A stretch of DNA of 64,000 bases from Eledone cirrhosa (GCA_964016885.1 OZ024741.1:215574001-215638000); one strand, 5' to 3'; counted from the stretch's first letter, positions 12,836 to 27,100 are shown. Notes: generated by a model from the letters alone, not told the origin. Translations and numbers: made by a program.

Positions 12836-15800
12836 GTGTGGGGGGGGTAACTGTGGTGGTGGTGGTGGTGGTGGCGGTAGTGGTAGTGGTGGTGATGGTA
12901 TTGGTGGTGGTGGTGGTGATGGTGGTAGTGGTGGTAGTGGTAGTGGTGATGCTGGTAGTGGTGGTGGTAGTGGTGGTAGTGGTAGTGGTGATGCTGGTGG
13001 TGGTGGTGGTGGAGTTGGTGGTAGTGGAGGTGATGGTATTTGTGGTGGTGGTGGTGATGGTGGTAGTGGTGGTAGTGGTAGTGGTAGTGGTGATGCTGGT
13101 AGTGGTGGTGGTAGTGGTGGTAGTGGTAGTGGTGATGCTGGTGGTGGTGGTGGTGGAGTTGGTGGTAGTGGAGGTGATGGTATTGGTGGTGGTGGTGGTA
13201 GTGGTGGTAGTGGTAGTGGTGATGCTGGTAGTGGTGGTGGTAGTGGTGGTAGTGGTAGTGGTGATGCTGGTGGTGGTGGTGGTGGAGTTGGTGGTAGTGG
13301 AGGTGATGGTATTTGTGGTGGTGGTGGTGATGGTGGTAGTGGTGGTAGTGGTAGTGGTTGTGGTGATGCTGGTAGTGGTGGTGGTAGTGGTGGTAGTGGT
13401 AGTAGTGATGCTGGTGGTGGTGGTGGTGGAGTTGGTGGTAGTGGAGGTGATGGTATTGGTGGTGGTGGTGGTAGTGGTGGTAGTGGTAGTGGTGATGCTG
13501 GTAGTGGTGGTGGTAGTGGTGGTAGTGGTAGTGGTGATGCTGGTAGTGGTGGTAGTGGTAGTGGTGATGCTGGTAGTGGTGGTGGTAGTGGTGCTGGTAG
13601 TGGTGGTGGTAGTGGTGGTAGTGGTAGTGGTGATGCTGGTGGTGGTAGTGGTGGTGATGGTATTGGTGGTGGTGGTGGTAGTGGTGGTTTTAGTGGTGGT
13701 GGTAGTGGTGGTGGTGGTGATGGTATTGGTGGTGGTGGTGGTAGTGGGGGTAGTGGTAGTGGTGATGCTGGTGGTGGTTGTGGTGATGGTTTTGTGTTGG
13801 TGGTAGTGGTGGTGATGGTATTGGTGGTGGTAGTTGTGGAGGTGGTGGTGGTTTTGGTGATGGTAGTGGTAGTGGTGGTGATGGTATTGGTGGTGGTGGT
13901 AGTGGTGGTAGTGGTAGTGTTGGTGATGGTATTGGTGATGGTGGTAGTGGTGGTAGTGGTAGTGGTGATGCTGGTGGTAGTGGTGATGCTGGTGCTAGTG
14001 GTGGTGGTGGGGAGAGGTGGTTTAGTGGTGGTGGTGGTGGTGGTAGTGGTATTGGTGGTGATGGTATTGGTGGTGGTGGTAGTGGTGGTAGTGGTAGTGG
14101 TAATGCTGGTGGTGGTGGTGGTGGGGGGAGGTCGTTTTGTGGTGGTGGTGGTGGTGATGCTACTGGTGGTGGTGATGATGCTACTGGTAGTGGTGGTGGT
14201 GATGGTGGTTGTAGTAGTAATAGTGGTGGCGTTGGTGATGGTAGTGATGGGGATAACAGTGATTATGGAAGTGTGGAAGTGATAGTTTTACTAGTGGTAG
14301 TGGTGTTGTTGGTGGCGTTGATGGTGCTGGTGGTAGATATGGAAGTGTTGGTGGTGGTGGCAGTGGTAGTGGTGATGATGGTATTGGTGGTGGTGGTAGT
14401 GGTGGTAGTGGTAGTGGTGATGCTGGTGGTGGTGGTCGGGAGAGGTGGTTTTGTGGTGGTGGTGATGGTTGTGGTAGTGGTAGTGTTGGTGATGGTATTG
14501 GTGGTGGTGGTAGTAGTGGTAGTGGTGATTCTGGTGGTAGTAGTGGTAGTGGTGATTCTGGTGGTAGTAGTGGTGGGGAGAGGTGGTTTTGTGGTGGTGG
14601 TGGTAGTGATAGTGGTGATGCTGGTGGTGTTGGTGGTGGTAGTGGTGGTAGTGGTAGTGGTGATGCTGGTGGTGGTGGTGGTGGTGGTGGTGGTGGTGGT
14701 GGTAATGGTGGTGGCGTTGGTGGTGGTGGTGATGGTAGTGATGGTGGTGACGGGGCTGACGACAGTGATGGTGGTGATGGTGATGGTGATGGTGGTGATG
14801 GTAATGATGGTGTAGTCATGTTGATCATGGTGGTGGTGATGGTAGTGATGGTGATGACACTGATTATGGAAGTGGTTGTGATACTAGTGGTAGTGGTGTT
14901 GTTGGTGGTGTTGATGGTGCTGGTGGTAGAGATGGTAGTGTTGGTGGTGGTGGTGGTGGTGGTGGTGGTGGTGGAGGTGGTAGTGATGACATTGCTGGTG
15001 GAGGTGGAGGTGGTATTGATGGTAGTGTTGGTGGTGGTGGAGGTGGTATTGATGGTGGAGATTATAGTGCTGGTGGAGGTGGAGGTGGTAGTGATGGTAG
15101 TGCTGGTGGTGGTGGAGGTGGTATTGATGGTGGAGATTGTAGTGCTGGTGGAGGTGGAGGTGGTAGTGATGGTAGTGCTGGTGGTGATGGAGGTGGTATT
15201 GATGCTGGAGATTGTAGTGCTGGTGGTGTTGGAGGTGGTAGTGATGGTAGTGATGGTGGTGGTGGAGGTGGTATTGATGGTGGAGATTATAGTGCTGGTG
15301 GAGGTGGAGGTGGTAGTGATGGTAGTGCTGGTGGTGGTGGAGGTGGTATTGATGGTGGAGATTGTAGTGCTGGTGGAGGTGGAGGTGGTAGTGATGGTAG
15401 TGCTGGTGGTGATGGAGGTGGTATTGATGCTGGAGATTGTAGTGCTGGTGGTGTTGGAGGTGGTAGTGATGGTAGTGATGGTGGTGGTGGAGGTGGTATT
15501 GATGGTGGAGATTGTAGGGCTGGTGGTGGTGGAGGTGGTAGTGATGGTAGTGGTGGAGGTGGTATTGATGGTAGTGCTGGTGGTGATGGAGGTGGTATTG
15601 ATGCTGGAGATTGTAGTGCTGGTGGTGTTGGAGGTGGTAGTGATGGTAGTGATGGTGGTGGTGGAGGTGGTATTGATGGTGGAGATTGTAGTGCTGGTGG
15701 TGTTGGAGGTGGTATTGATGGTAGTATTAGTGCTGTTGTTGTTGGTGGTGGTGGTGGTGGTAATATTGGTAGTGCCGATGGCGGGGGTGACTGAGGAGGC

Positions 15801-16400
15801 GGTAGTGGTATTAGTGCTGGTGGTGTTGGAGGTGGTAGTGGTGGAGGTATTAGTGCTGTTGTTGTTGTTGGTGGTGGTGGTGGTGGTGGTGGTAGAGATG
15901 GTAGTGCCAATGGTGGGGGTGACTGAGGAGGTGGTAGTGTCGTAATGATGGCGCTGATGGAGCTGCTTGTGGTGGAGGTGGTAGTGCTGGTGGTGGTGGA
16001 GGTGGTAGTGTTGGTAGCGTTGGTGGTGGTGGAGGTGGTGGAAGTGGTACTGATGGCGTTGATGGAGCTTGTGGTAGTGCAGGTGGTGGTGGTGGTGGGA
16101 GTGGTGGAGGTGGTAGTGCTGGTAGTGCGTGTGGTGGTGGAGGTGGTAGTGATGATAGTGTTGGTGGTGGTGGAGGTGGTAGTGATGGTAGTGATGGTAG
16201 TGCTGGTAGTGGTGGAGGTGGTAGTGGTGATAGTGGTAGTGGTGATGTTGATGGTGATGGTGGTGGTGAAAGTGGTAGTGATACTAGTGGTAGTGGTCGT
16301 GGTGGTGCTGATGGTGATAGAGGTTGAGATGGTAGTGATGGTAGTGCTGGTAGTGGTGTAGGTGGTAGTGCTGGTGGTGGTGTAGGTGGTAGTGATAATG
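12836..16400. repeat. 3.6-kb GGT-derived low-complexity tract with higher-order repeats
   Basis: Triplet-phased ggt/agt/gat/gct/att with long duplicated blocks. Confidence 0.9.
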
Positions 16401-16500
16401 GCGACTGTCGAAAACTAGAAATCACCGCCATGACTTTCAATTAGATTACGCAGGTGCAATTATACCTGCTATTCTCAATAAAACGATTCTAATCATGTTT

Positions 16501-16554
<54 letters not shown>

Positions 16555-16564
16555 CACGACAATA

Positions 16565-17302
16565 TCACCGCCGCCCCCGCTATGTAGGTGACTCCACCAC
16601 CACCACCACCACCACCGCCGCCACCGCTATATAGGTGACACCTACACCACCGCCACCACAACCACCACCGCTATATAGGTGACACCTACACCATCACCAC
16701 CACACCACCACCGCTATATAGGTGACATCTACACCATCACCACCACCGCTATATATGTGACATCTACACCATCACCACCACCACCACTATATAGGTGACA
16801 CCTACACCATCACCACCACAACCACCACCGCTATATAGGTGACATCTACACCATCACCACCACCGCTATATAGGTGACACCTACACCATCACCACCACCG
16901 CTATATATGTGACATCTACACCATCACCACCACCACTATATAGGTGACACCTACACCATCACCACCACAACCACCACCGCTATATAGGTGACATCTACAC
17001 CATCACCACCACCGCTATATAGGTGACACCTACACCATCACCACCACAACCACCACCGCTATATAGGTGACATCTACACCATCACCACCACCGCTATATA
17101 GGTGACACCTACACCATCACCACCACAACCACCACCGCTATATAGGTGACATCTACACCATCACCACCACCGCTATATAGGTGACATCTACACCATCACC
17201 ACCACCGCTATATAGGTGACACCTACACCATCACCACCACAACCACCACCGCTATATAGGCGACACCTACACCATCACCACCACCGCTATATAGGTGACA
17301 CA
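16565..17302. repeat. Minisatellite of about 20 units of ~33-42 bp (CACCACCGCTATATAGGTGACAYCTACACCATCAC +/- CACCACAAC)
   Basis: Direct tandem units in two length classes. Confidence 0.95.
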
Positions 17303-17452
17303 TGCTTTCTAAGAACTGCAGTCATCGTGACGTTTGCTACAGTATTTCTACGTGACGTCGTTCAAAAGATTTTGGTGAAGATTTGGTGAGAATAACCAAC
17401 GAATGTCAGTGAAAGCTATAGACTGATGGCGTGGTGAATTAACTTCACTGAC

Positions 17453-17582
<130 letters not shown>

Positions 17583-17617
17583 ATGTATATATATATATAT
17601 ATATATTTACTTATACA

Positions 17618-17653
<36 letters not shown>

Positions 17654-17796
17654 TATTTATGTATATAGGTATGTATATATATATATATATATATTAATGT
17701 ATAATATACTTTGATGATATACTTAGACTAAGAATTGGTAAAGTCGTTAGATCATCGGATTAATTCCTTTCTTTATTACTCTAACTAATTAATATA

Positions 17797-18575
17797 TATC
17801 ATCATCATCATCATCATTGTCATCATCATCATCATCATCATCAACAAGATCATCATCATCATTGTCATCATCATCATCATAATCACCATCATCATAAACG
17901 CCATTGGTAGAAACACCATTATCACTTATCATCATTACCAACATTATTATGACAATCATCATCACCATCATCAACATCTCCATTATAATCATCATCATCA
18001 TAATTGTTATCATCACTACCATAATCATCATCAACATCATCAACCCTCTTCATCATCATCATCATCATCATCATGATCAACCGAAAACCCATCATGAACG
18101 TCTTCATTAAATCCATCACCATAATCATTATCATCATCATCATCATCATCATAAACGCCATATTTAGCAACATCATGATCACCTATCGTCATCACCATCA
18201 TTATCATCATCATCATCATTAACAGCATCATCATCTCCATCATGAACATCTTCATTACAATCATCATCATCATCATCATCAAGCGCATCACCATAAACAC
18301 AATATTTAGCAATAACATCATCATCATCATCATCATCATCATCACCATCATTATCATTATCATCATCATTAACAGCATCATCATCATCACCATCATGAAT
18401 TTCTTCCTTACAATCATCATCATCATCACCACCAAAACCACCATCATCATCTTCATCTCCATCTCCATTCTTATCATCATCATCATCATCACCACCACCA
18501 AAACCATTATCCTCCTCATCAACATTATCTCCATCCTCATCATCATCATCATCATCGCCATCCTCGTTTTCATCA
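17797..18575. repeat. (CAT)n-derived degenerate satellite
   Basis: Direct reading; internal duplicated blocks. Confidence 0.9.
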
Positions 18576-18624
18576 CGAGTACTTGCAAAATAATTCGTCA
18601 TTTTATTTCTGTAAATATGGCGGT

Positions 18625-19240
18625 GGTTTGGCAGTATCAGTAGTGCGTCAGACACTATGCTTTGCAGGATAGTTGCGGCCCTCTGTAGTCTGAGTTCAAA
18701 TCTGCTGAGGTTAACTTCGCCTTCCATCCTTGCGAAGTCGATAAAATAGAGTACCAGTGATGCACTGAGTAATTGCTGGCCTTGTGCCAAAAGAAGAAAC
18801 AATTAATTTTCTTGTGGATTGGCAGTATCGGTAAAGGATCTGACGCCATGCGTTGCAGCAAAGAGTTACGGCCCTTTATGGTCTGAGTTCAAATCCTGCC
18901 GAGGTTAACTTTGCCTTTCATCCTTACGGGGTCGATAAAATAAAGTACCAGTTATACACTGCGATAATTGCTGGCCTTGTGCCAAAAGCAGAAACAATTA
19001 ATTTTCTTTACACATTAAAAAACATTATATCAGTGGATTAGCAATATCGGTAGAGGGTCTGACGCCATGCTTTGCAGCAAAGAGTTACGACCCTTTATGG
19101 TCTGAGTACTTTATATTATCGACCCCGTAAGGATGAAAGGCAAGGCTAATCTTGGCGAGATTTGAACACAGAACGTAAAGAGCCATAACTCTATACCGCT
19201 AAAGATGTTGTCAGACGCTCTACTGATTCTGCCAATCCTA
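18625..19240. mobile_element. Cluster of four tRNA-derived SINE copies (Meta/MESC-like central domain): three plus strand, one minus
   Basis: ctgagttcaaatc B box, then gccgaggttaactttgcctttcatccttacggggtcgataaaataaagtaccag...ggccttgtgccaaaa. Copies at 18625-18808, 18814-19002, 19033-19108, and inverted at 19107-19240. Confidence 0.85.
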
Positions 19241-19545
19241 TAACGTCTTCATTCCCACATTCCCCTATAATATATTTACATCACTCATATAAGTACTCAT
19301 CCTCCATTTTATCTTATTCCTATTTTTACGTTTGTTATTGAGCTACTTTACGTTGATTTTATCATCGGTTCCCAGGATTCCATCACTTTCCTTAAACTGT
19401 CCGATTGTTTATTGAACACCTGCTGATTTGCCACGTGTAGCTATGAGTCATATCTTTAACCCCACACCTGTCATTAACTTTTTCTCTCTTCTATTTCTGG
19501 CAACCACACACACATATACATTCGCATATATACATAAACACACAG

Positions 19546-19761
<216 letters not shown>

Positions 19762-20134
19762 GAGAGAGAGAGATTCATTGAAAGACTAACACTGACATTG
19801 GCTTTAATGGCCGCTGTATATATAGGAGCAAATGATTCTGATGACAATGTAAGTTAATTTATTTTTGAAAGAAAAATACATCTTAAAAAGTCTCAAATTA
19901 CAGAACCTCAATCGCTCTACTTCCTTAGCTTGGAAACTATAACGTAAAAATGATCTACTTAAACTTAAGATTAAATTTTCCTGTAAATCTTCCATATATA
20001 ATTGTAAATGTATCAGTGTGTGTGTGTGAGTGTGTGTGTATATGTGTGTCTGTAAGTGTGTGTGTGTGTCTCGTGTGGCTCTCTGTGTGTGTGTGTGTCT
20101 ATGTGTGTCTCAGTGTGTATCGAAATGCCCTCTG

Positions 20135-20168
<34 letters not shown>

Positions 20169-20171
20169 CCG

Positions 20172-20207
<36 letters not shown>

Positions 20208-20250
20208 CGAAAAGTAAACCGCAAAAACAATAGAACAAATAGGAACAATG

Positions 20251-20386
<136 letters not shown>

Positions 20387-20445
20387 TAAAAGGAATTCCA
20401 ACTTTGATTTACTCGTTTTATTTGCAATCATTTAAAATTATAATG

Positions 20446-20552
<107 letters not shown>

Positions 20553-20558
20553 CATATA

Positions 20559-20640
<82 letters not shown>

Positions 20641-20749
20641 ATGTATATATATATATATGTATATATATTATATATATGTATATATATATGTATATATATT
20701 ATATATATGTATATATATATGTATATATATTATATATATGTATATGTAG

Positions 20750-20837
<88 letters not shown>

Positions 20838-20853
20838 ATATATATGTATATTT

Positions 20854-20903
<50 letters not shown>

Positions 20904-21639
20904 ACCCTGTTTATATCGGAAACAAGAAAAAAAAGGATGCAATTTGTAGCATGGAGTTTATATTTAGGACGAATGATTTGGTGATTCATGGCATTGTTAT
21001 ATATGTGTGATCAGAAATTATATATATGTGTGTGTGTGTGTGTGTGTCTGTGTGAATGCGTGTGTGTGTGTATGTGTGTGTGTTTGTATGTTGTTATTTG
21101 AGTACATATATATATATATGTGTGTGTATATAACACATTTCATGAGATTCTGTAAAAATAGGAACATCTATATATCTATATTTGCGTACATATATATATA
21201 TATGCATGTATATATATATACATATATACATATATACATATATATATAATACACTTCTCATATGTTATCATATATCATATATATATATATATATACATTT
21301 ATTACAATTTCACTATTCTTTCAAGATTTCTTAATCATATTTCTTTTTTTTAATATTATTGAATCTTCTATTATTTATTATTATATATATATATCATACA
21401 TACATACATTTATACATTTATATATATATATATACATACATATATATATATATATGTGTGTGTGTGTATTTACATATTTATATTTATACATATGTAGTAT
21501 GTTTTATCTATCTGTTTTCTCATTTATTTCCCGAATTCTGCAGCAGTCCTTCAATTATTTTTTATATCCTTTTCTTTCCATTTCCTTCGTCTACCTATAT
21601 CGCCCACAATCTATCAACAATATTTTTTAGCAGGTATAT

Positions 21640-21692
<53 letters not shown>

Positions 21693-22092
21693 CATACATA
21701 TACAGGCACACACACACACACACACACATATATGTATATATATAAAGAAAGAGAGAGAGGGAGAGAAAGAAAGAGTGAGAGGGATATACTACAGTTAGAT
21801 AGCTAGATAGATATAAAGAGAGATACATATCTGTATGTCTGTATAGGAATGTATAAGATTTTTTTTATTAACCCCTTACTAATCGATAAATTTATCTTCA
21901 ACATCAACAATCTGCTCCCACGCAGCTCTCCCCCTCCTCAACCCCACACACCTCCATACACAGCATCCACACATCCCCACCCCCAAACACACACATTCTC
22001 ACCTTTGCACAAATCCTCTAATAATACTCCAACAAATTTCATTTTTACTTCAATTTATTATTATTATTATTAATATTATTATTATTATTATA

Positions 22093-22216
22093 TTCAAATG
22101 CCATTAAATCCCGCCGAGGTTAACTCTGCCTTACATCCTTACGGGGTCGATAAAATAAAGTACCAGTAATGTACTGGGTAATTGCTGGCCTTGTGCCAAA
22201 AGTAGAAACAATTATT
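22093..22216 (+). mobile_element. SINE copy (same family as 18625)
   Basis: gccgaggttaactctgccttacatccttacggggtcgataaaataaagtaccag. Confidence 0.85.
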
Positions 22217-22225
22217 TAGTGGAAC

Positions 22226-22276
<51 letters not shown>

Positions 22277-22349
22277 CAGCAGCAGCAGTAGTAGTAGTAG
22301 CAGTAGTAGCAGCAGCAGTAGTAGTAGCAGTAGAAAGAGCTGCAGAAGC

Positions 22350-22383
<34 letters not shown>

Positions 22384-22575
22384 TTGCCACGTCATCTTCT
22401 ATAATTACACACTATACTATCAATCTAAACACCCTTAAGCGTCCTTTGCTTTGCCGCCAAATTCTCTCCTCCATCTTCTTTCATGCTTTTTCTTTTCGTA
22501 TGTTCATGAGTAATATTAACTTCATATGTTGCTCTCTAGGAATGTAAAAAATACACACACACACACACACACAAA

Positions 22576-22737
<162 letters not shown>

Positions 22738-22849
22738 GGTGTGTGCGTGTGTGCGTGTGTGCGTGTTTGTGTGTGTGTGTGTGTGTACTTTTTACATTCC
22801 TAGAGAGCAACATATGAAGTTAATATTACTCATATATATATATTTGTGT

Positions 22850-23185
22850 ATAAGAACATTAATCAGTATACACTGAGGATGAAAAACTCAGAGCTGTATG
22901 GGAGCCACTTAAAAGTCAGCTCAAAAGTGACACAGAGGAGACTGAGGTTAGCTGGACATGCTCACCGACATCCAGAGTTGACATTGCATTCAGTGCTCCT
23001 GTAGGAGCCCCTACATGGACACACTGGAAGTGGAAGACCAAGGTTAACGTATGTTGATGCCCTAAGGACAGACACTGGTCTATTGGAGACGCAGGACATG
23101 GCAACGATAATGAGGGACAGTGACCGCTGGAGAGAACTCGTCCATGGATCTCGCGAATTTTACAAGCCCTAGAATAGAATATAGA
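22850..23185 (+). pseudogene. RTE-clade LINE 3' end
   Basis: Manual translation KNSELYG..KVTQRRLRLAGHAHRHPE..LL*EPLHGHTGSGRPRLTYVDALRTDTG...MRDSDRWRELV, with a (TAGAA)-like tail. Confidence 0.8.
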
Positions 23186-23214
23186 ACATATATATATATA
23201 TATAATAATATATA

Positions 23215-26130
23215 TATATTAAAATACAAATATTAATAAAATAGATGTTCTTTTGATCAATTACATTTTATTATACATATTTCGGAGGTACAACAGTACG
23301 TCCTCATCAGACAAAATATAATGATACATGACACACCCTGAGATGTTAAATAGTTAAAATTTAATCAAGGTAGTGATTAACCCAAGAGAAAATTCAACAT
23401 TTATACCCTAATAATGAGAAAATGCGAAAACGTAATAAATTCAATAGAGAATGTGTGAGTAAGAAAAAACGTTGGTTAATGTGACAGCTATAGAGATTTT
23501 AAAATGTAGGATACTGCAAGTTATGTTTATCTAGGAAAACATCTCATGAATTATAACAGTCAGTGAGGGCCGCTGAGATGGGATTTAGAGAGAGGGAAAA
23601 ATAAATGGGGGTAATATATGCAGAAAGAGATTTTTTCCAAAAGCTAAACGGTTAAGTTTCAAAATATTTAATTTATGTTATTTTAGGGTGAAGAATCAAG
23701 ATTTAAGGGATTTTTTTTAAGTTGCTGGTTATTTATATTTATTAATTTTATAAATTCTATAAGTGTGTTAACATTTCTAAACTTCTGAATGTTATGAGGG
23801 TAATATTTAAAGGACTTACCTGGCCAGCGAAAGGAAAATTTACACTGTTGAATATTTTCCTAAATGTAAACTTTAACGAAGATAATCTATAAAAATATCA
23901 ACATTTTCAGTATGTAAAGCTTATGAAGTACTTATTGTTAGAAATATTTAAATAACGATTATGTATATAGATATATATTAATGAGCCAGTATATTTTAGG
24001 TAAATGATAACGAATATAAAATAATAGATTGAAGCATGCTAAAGTTAAATAGATACCTATATATGTATAACAGGGTGTAAATGCATGAATTATGCATAGT
24101 TCAAAATAAATAATAACCTAGAAATTTAGATGTTATCTAAAGATTATGTATAGAGAGATATAGGGAGGTATATATAGATATATATTAGGTATTAGTGATA
24201 CAGTATACTGAAAATGTACAGGTAAATGATAACGATTATAATCTTATATAAAGGATTTCGACGTGTTACAGTTAAATACATACATATATATAAGAAAAAC
24301 AATAATAAATGCATGGATAATTCAGAGTTCAAAATAAGGTCCATAATAATTTATAGTTTGGATATTTGCTCTATATTTGAATCATGGATATAAAAATACG
24401 GTAGGTATATTTAAAAACTTACAAGAGATAATTACATACATATAAATAAGTAATCGAAAATGTAAACAAATGAAAGATTCAGAGTTAAAAATAATTTTCG
24501 TAAACATATAAGGGTTTAAGGGTTGGATATAGAGATATATTAATGAGCCAGTATATTTTAGGTAAATGATAACGAATATAAAATAATAGATTCAAACATG
24601 CTAAAGTTAAATAGATACATATATATAAAAGGGTCTAAATGCATGAATTATTCAACATTCAAAATAAATAATCTAAAAATTTAAAAGTTATCTAAAAATT
24701 AGGTATAGAGAGATACAGAGAGATATATATAGATATATATTAAGTATTAGTGATACAGTAAACCTTTGGGAAATGATAACGATTATAATCTTATATAATA
24801 GATTTCAACGTGCTACAGTTAAATACATACATATATATAAGAAAAATAATAATAAATGCATGGATAATTCAGAGTACAAAAGAAGGTCCATAAAAATTTA
24901 CAGTTGGATATTTGCTCTATGTTTGAATCATGGGTAGAAAAATACGGTAGGAATATTTAAAAACTTACAAAAGATAATTGCATACATATTATAAATAAAA
25001 AATGTAAACACATGAATGATTCACAGTTAAAAATAAGTTCCATAAAAATATACAGGTTGGATATTTAAACTAAAATTTAAAAATTATATAGGAAAATAAT
25101 GATAGAGAAATAATGGTATGGATCAAAGTTAATAATATTATGTTATGTATATCAACGTGTCAGCGTGTTATTGAACAAGTGTCATTCATTCGAGCGTTAT
25201 TTCTTCTATAGATAGTTATAAGATACTGCAATATTAAAGCCCATTAATGTTTTTACGTCTGAAAACCAAGTTTAATGACTTAGTGTTTTTTTTTTCTCTT
25301 TTTTTCTGGTTTTGTGGGAGGCTAGGAATGTAGACGTAGCTTTATGAAGGCAACTAGATAATAATTCACTTTTTTGGGGTAATTAGGGTCTCATAGTTAT
25401 TAATAATCAACAGGGTCTCCATTGTACAGAGCGCGCAGTTATTTGATATACTAGAGTTGCGGTAAACTCCACAATTCCGAAGTTTTGTCCAAAGAACGGA
25501 GTATTTTAAATTCCTCTCTTTTAATGACCATATGAGCTGTGATAAAGAAGTGGATGATTTCCTCTTGGAGTTCGAGAATGAGCATTTATGGTTCGCAAAT
25601 CTGGCTTTAAATGTAGAATAAGTCGATCCTATGTAGTTGTATGTGTTGTGATCAGTTTTTACGGTGCATTTGTAAACCAAATTACTATCTAGACAATTAT
25701 TTTGCAGAGGGCAGTCAGTTTTATTTCTACAATTTCATTTCGGTTTAGTATCATTTATGTTAACGCTATTATTAAGATCATTATGCTGGTTTTGTGTTAG
25801 AATTTTTGTGTTTAATTAGGCAATGCTTTGGGCCATGTTCATAGTTGTAGAATACGAGAATTTAATGGTGTGTCTATTAAAAATGGAATGGTATTTATGT
25901 TGAGTAGGGAAAGACGTCTCCAAACCATTAAAGAATAATTTTGCAATTGGTGTTCTAACAGCGACCGAAGCAGGGGGAGGGGGGCGAACCATATGATTGA
26001 TTTAGTTCTAGTTCTTTTCCTCAATTTATTTGGCGTATGGGTGTTTGAATTATAATTATTAGAGTTTCGTTTATATATGTTATTATTTTTATCAAGATTA
26101 AGACTTGGATTATTATTATCTACATATTCT
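23215..26130 (-). mobile_element. Degraded PLE 3' portion (Naiad-like) with ~2 kb AT-rich 3' region and terminal HHR
   Basis: WFAP, xNCRNKTDCP, VYKC..YIGST..FKARFANHKCSF, CALC at 25340-26030. Internal ~560-bp duplication (23970/24535). Confidence 0.85.
23265..23317 (-). ncRNA. Type I HHR
   Basis: AUUUUGU-CUGAUGA-GGAcGUAC uguu GUACcUCC-GAAA-UAUGUA-UA-AUAAAAU. Confidence 0.8.
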
Positions 26131-26271
26131 TAAAAAGAGCAGGATATGTGAATAATATAGAATATGTAGATAATAATAATCCAAGCCTTATATATATATA
26201 TATTTTTTTTAAAGTAAACAGAAAACCAAAAACAAAAAAAAACAAAAGAACGTGGAAGCGAAGAGGCAGTA

Positions 26272-26458
26272 CAATGGCAGTATCGCTAGAGGCTCGGACG
26301 CCATGCTTTGCAACAAAGAGTTACGGCCGTTTATGGTCTGAGTTCAAATCCCGTCGAGGTTAACTTTGCCTTTCATCGTTACGGGTTCGATAAAATAAAG
26401 TACCAGTAATGTACTGGGATAATTGGTGGCTTTGTGCCAAAAGTAGAAACAATTATTA
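26272..26458 (+). mobile_element. SINE copy (same family as 18625)
   Basis: tggcagtatcgctagag...ctgagttcaaatccc...cctttcatc...gataaaataaagtaccag. Confidence 0.85.
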
Positions 26459-27055
26459 GTTTCACGCTTGAGAGTGGGGGTGGGGGACAACGTTTTGGGC
26501 ATAAGCCCTTCATAAGGAGAAACGTGGGTAGGAAGAGGGTTCCGAGGTTGTGTGGGGGAGTGGTGGAAAGACATTTAAAAAATGATTTTAAAAAAGGGTA
26601 GGGGAGAAAAGGGAGGAAAAAAATCTTTTTAAAAGAGTAAAAAAATTTTTTTTTAGTAAAAAAAGAAACAAGTGGTGAAAGGGTATGAGGAGTGTAGGGG
26701 TGGTGGTGGGTGAAGGAATGGATAGGGGAGAGGGAGACGGGGGATCCGAGCGGGGAGGGCTAAAGGTAGTGTGTGTGCGTGTGCGTGTGGATGGAGAGGG
26801 GTAAGAGGGGTGGGAGGGGGGAGAGGGAGCGTGTGGAGTCCGAGAGCTGAGAGTGTGTATATGTGAGGATACGCACGTGTATGTGTGTGTGTTTATATGT
26901 GGTGTGGATGTATGGTGGCGTGGTTCGAAAAAAATGTGTTTGTTGGTGTGTATGTCCCTAGGGTATTTCCACGGAGTGTGAGATATATATATCTATATAT
27001 ATGTATATATGTATATATATATGTATATATGTATATATATAGATATGTATATATG

Positions 27056-27088
<33 letters not shown>

Positions 27089-27100
27089 GTATATATATAC

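Noticed and set aside
12838-16361. Poly-Val and poly-Pro ORFs
   Set aside because: Alternative frames of the GGT tract.
16565-17302. CRISPR-like array or SP6 promoter (TAGGTGACAC)
   Set aside because: Linkers are CAC repeats rather than unique spacers, there are no cas genes, the context is eukaryotic, and the SP6 match is partial.
17789-18802. Asp-rich and Met-rich ORFs
   Set aside because: Frames of a (CAT)n-derived satellite running into a SINE.
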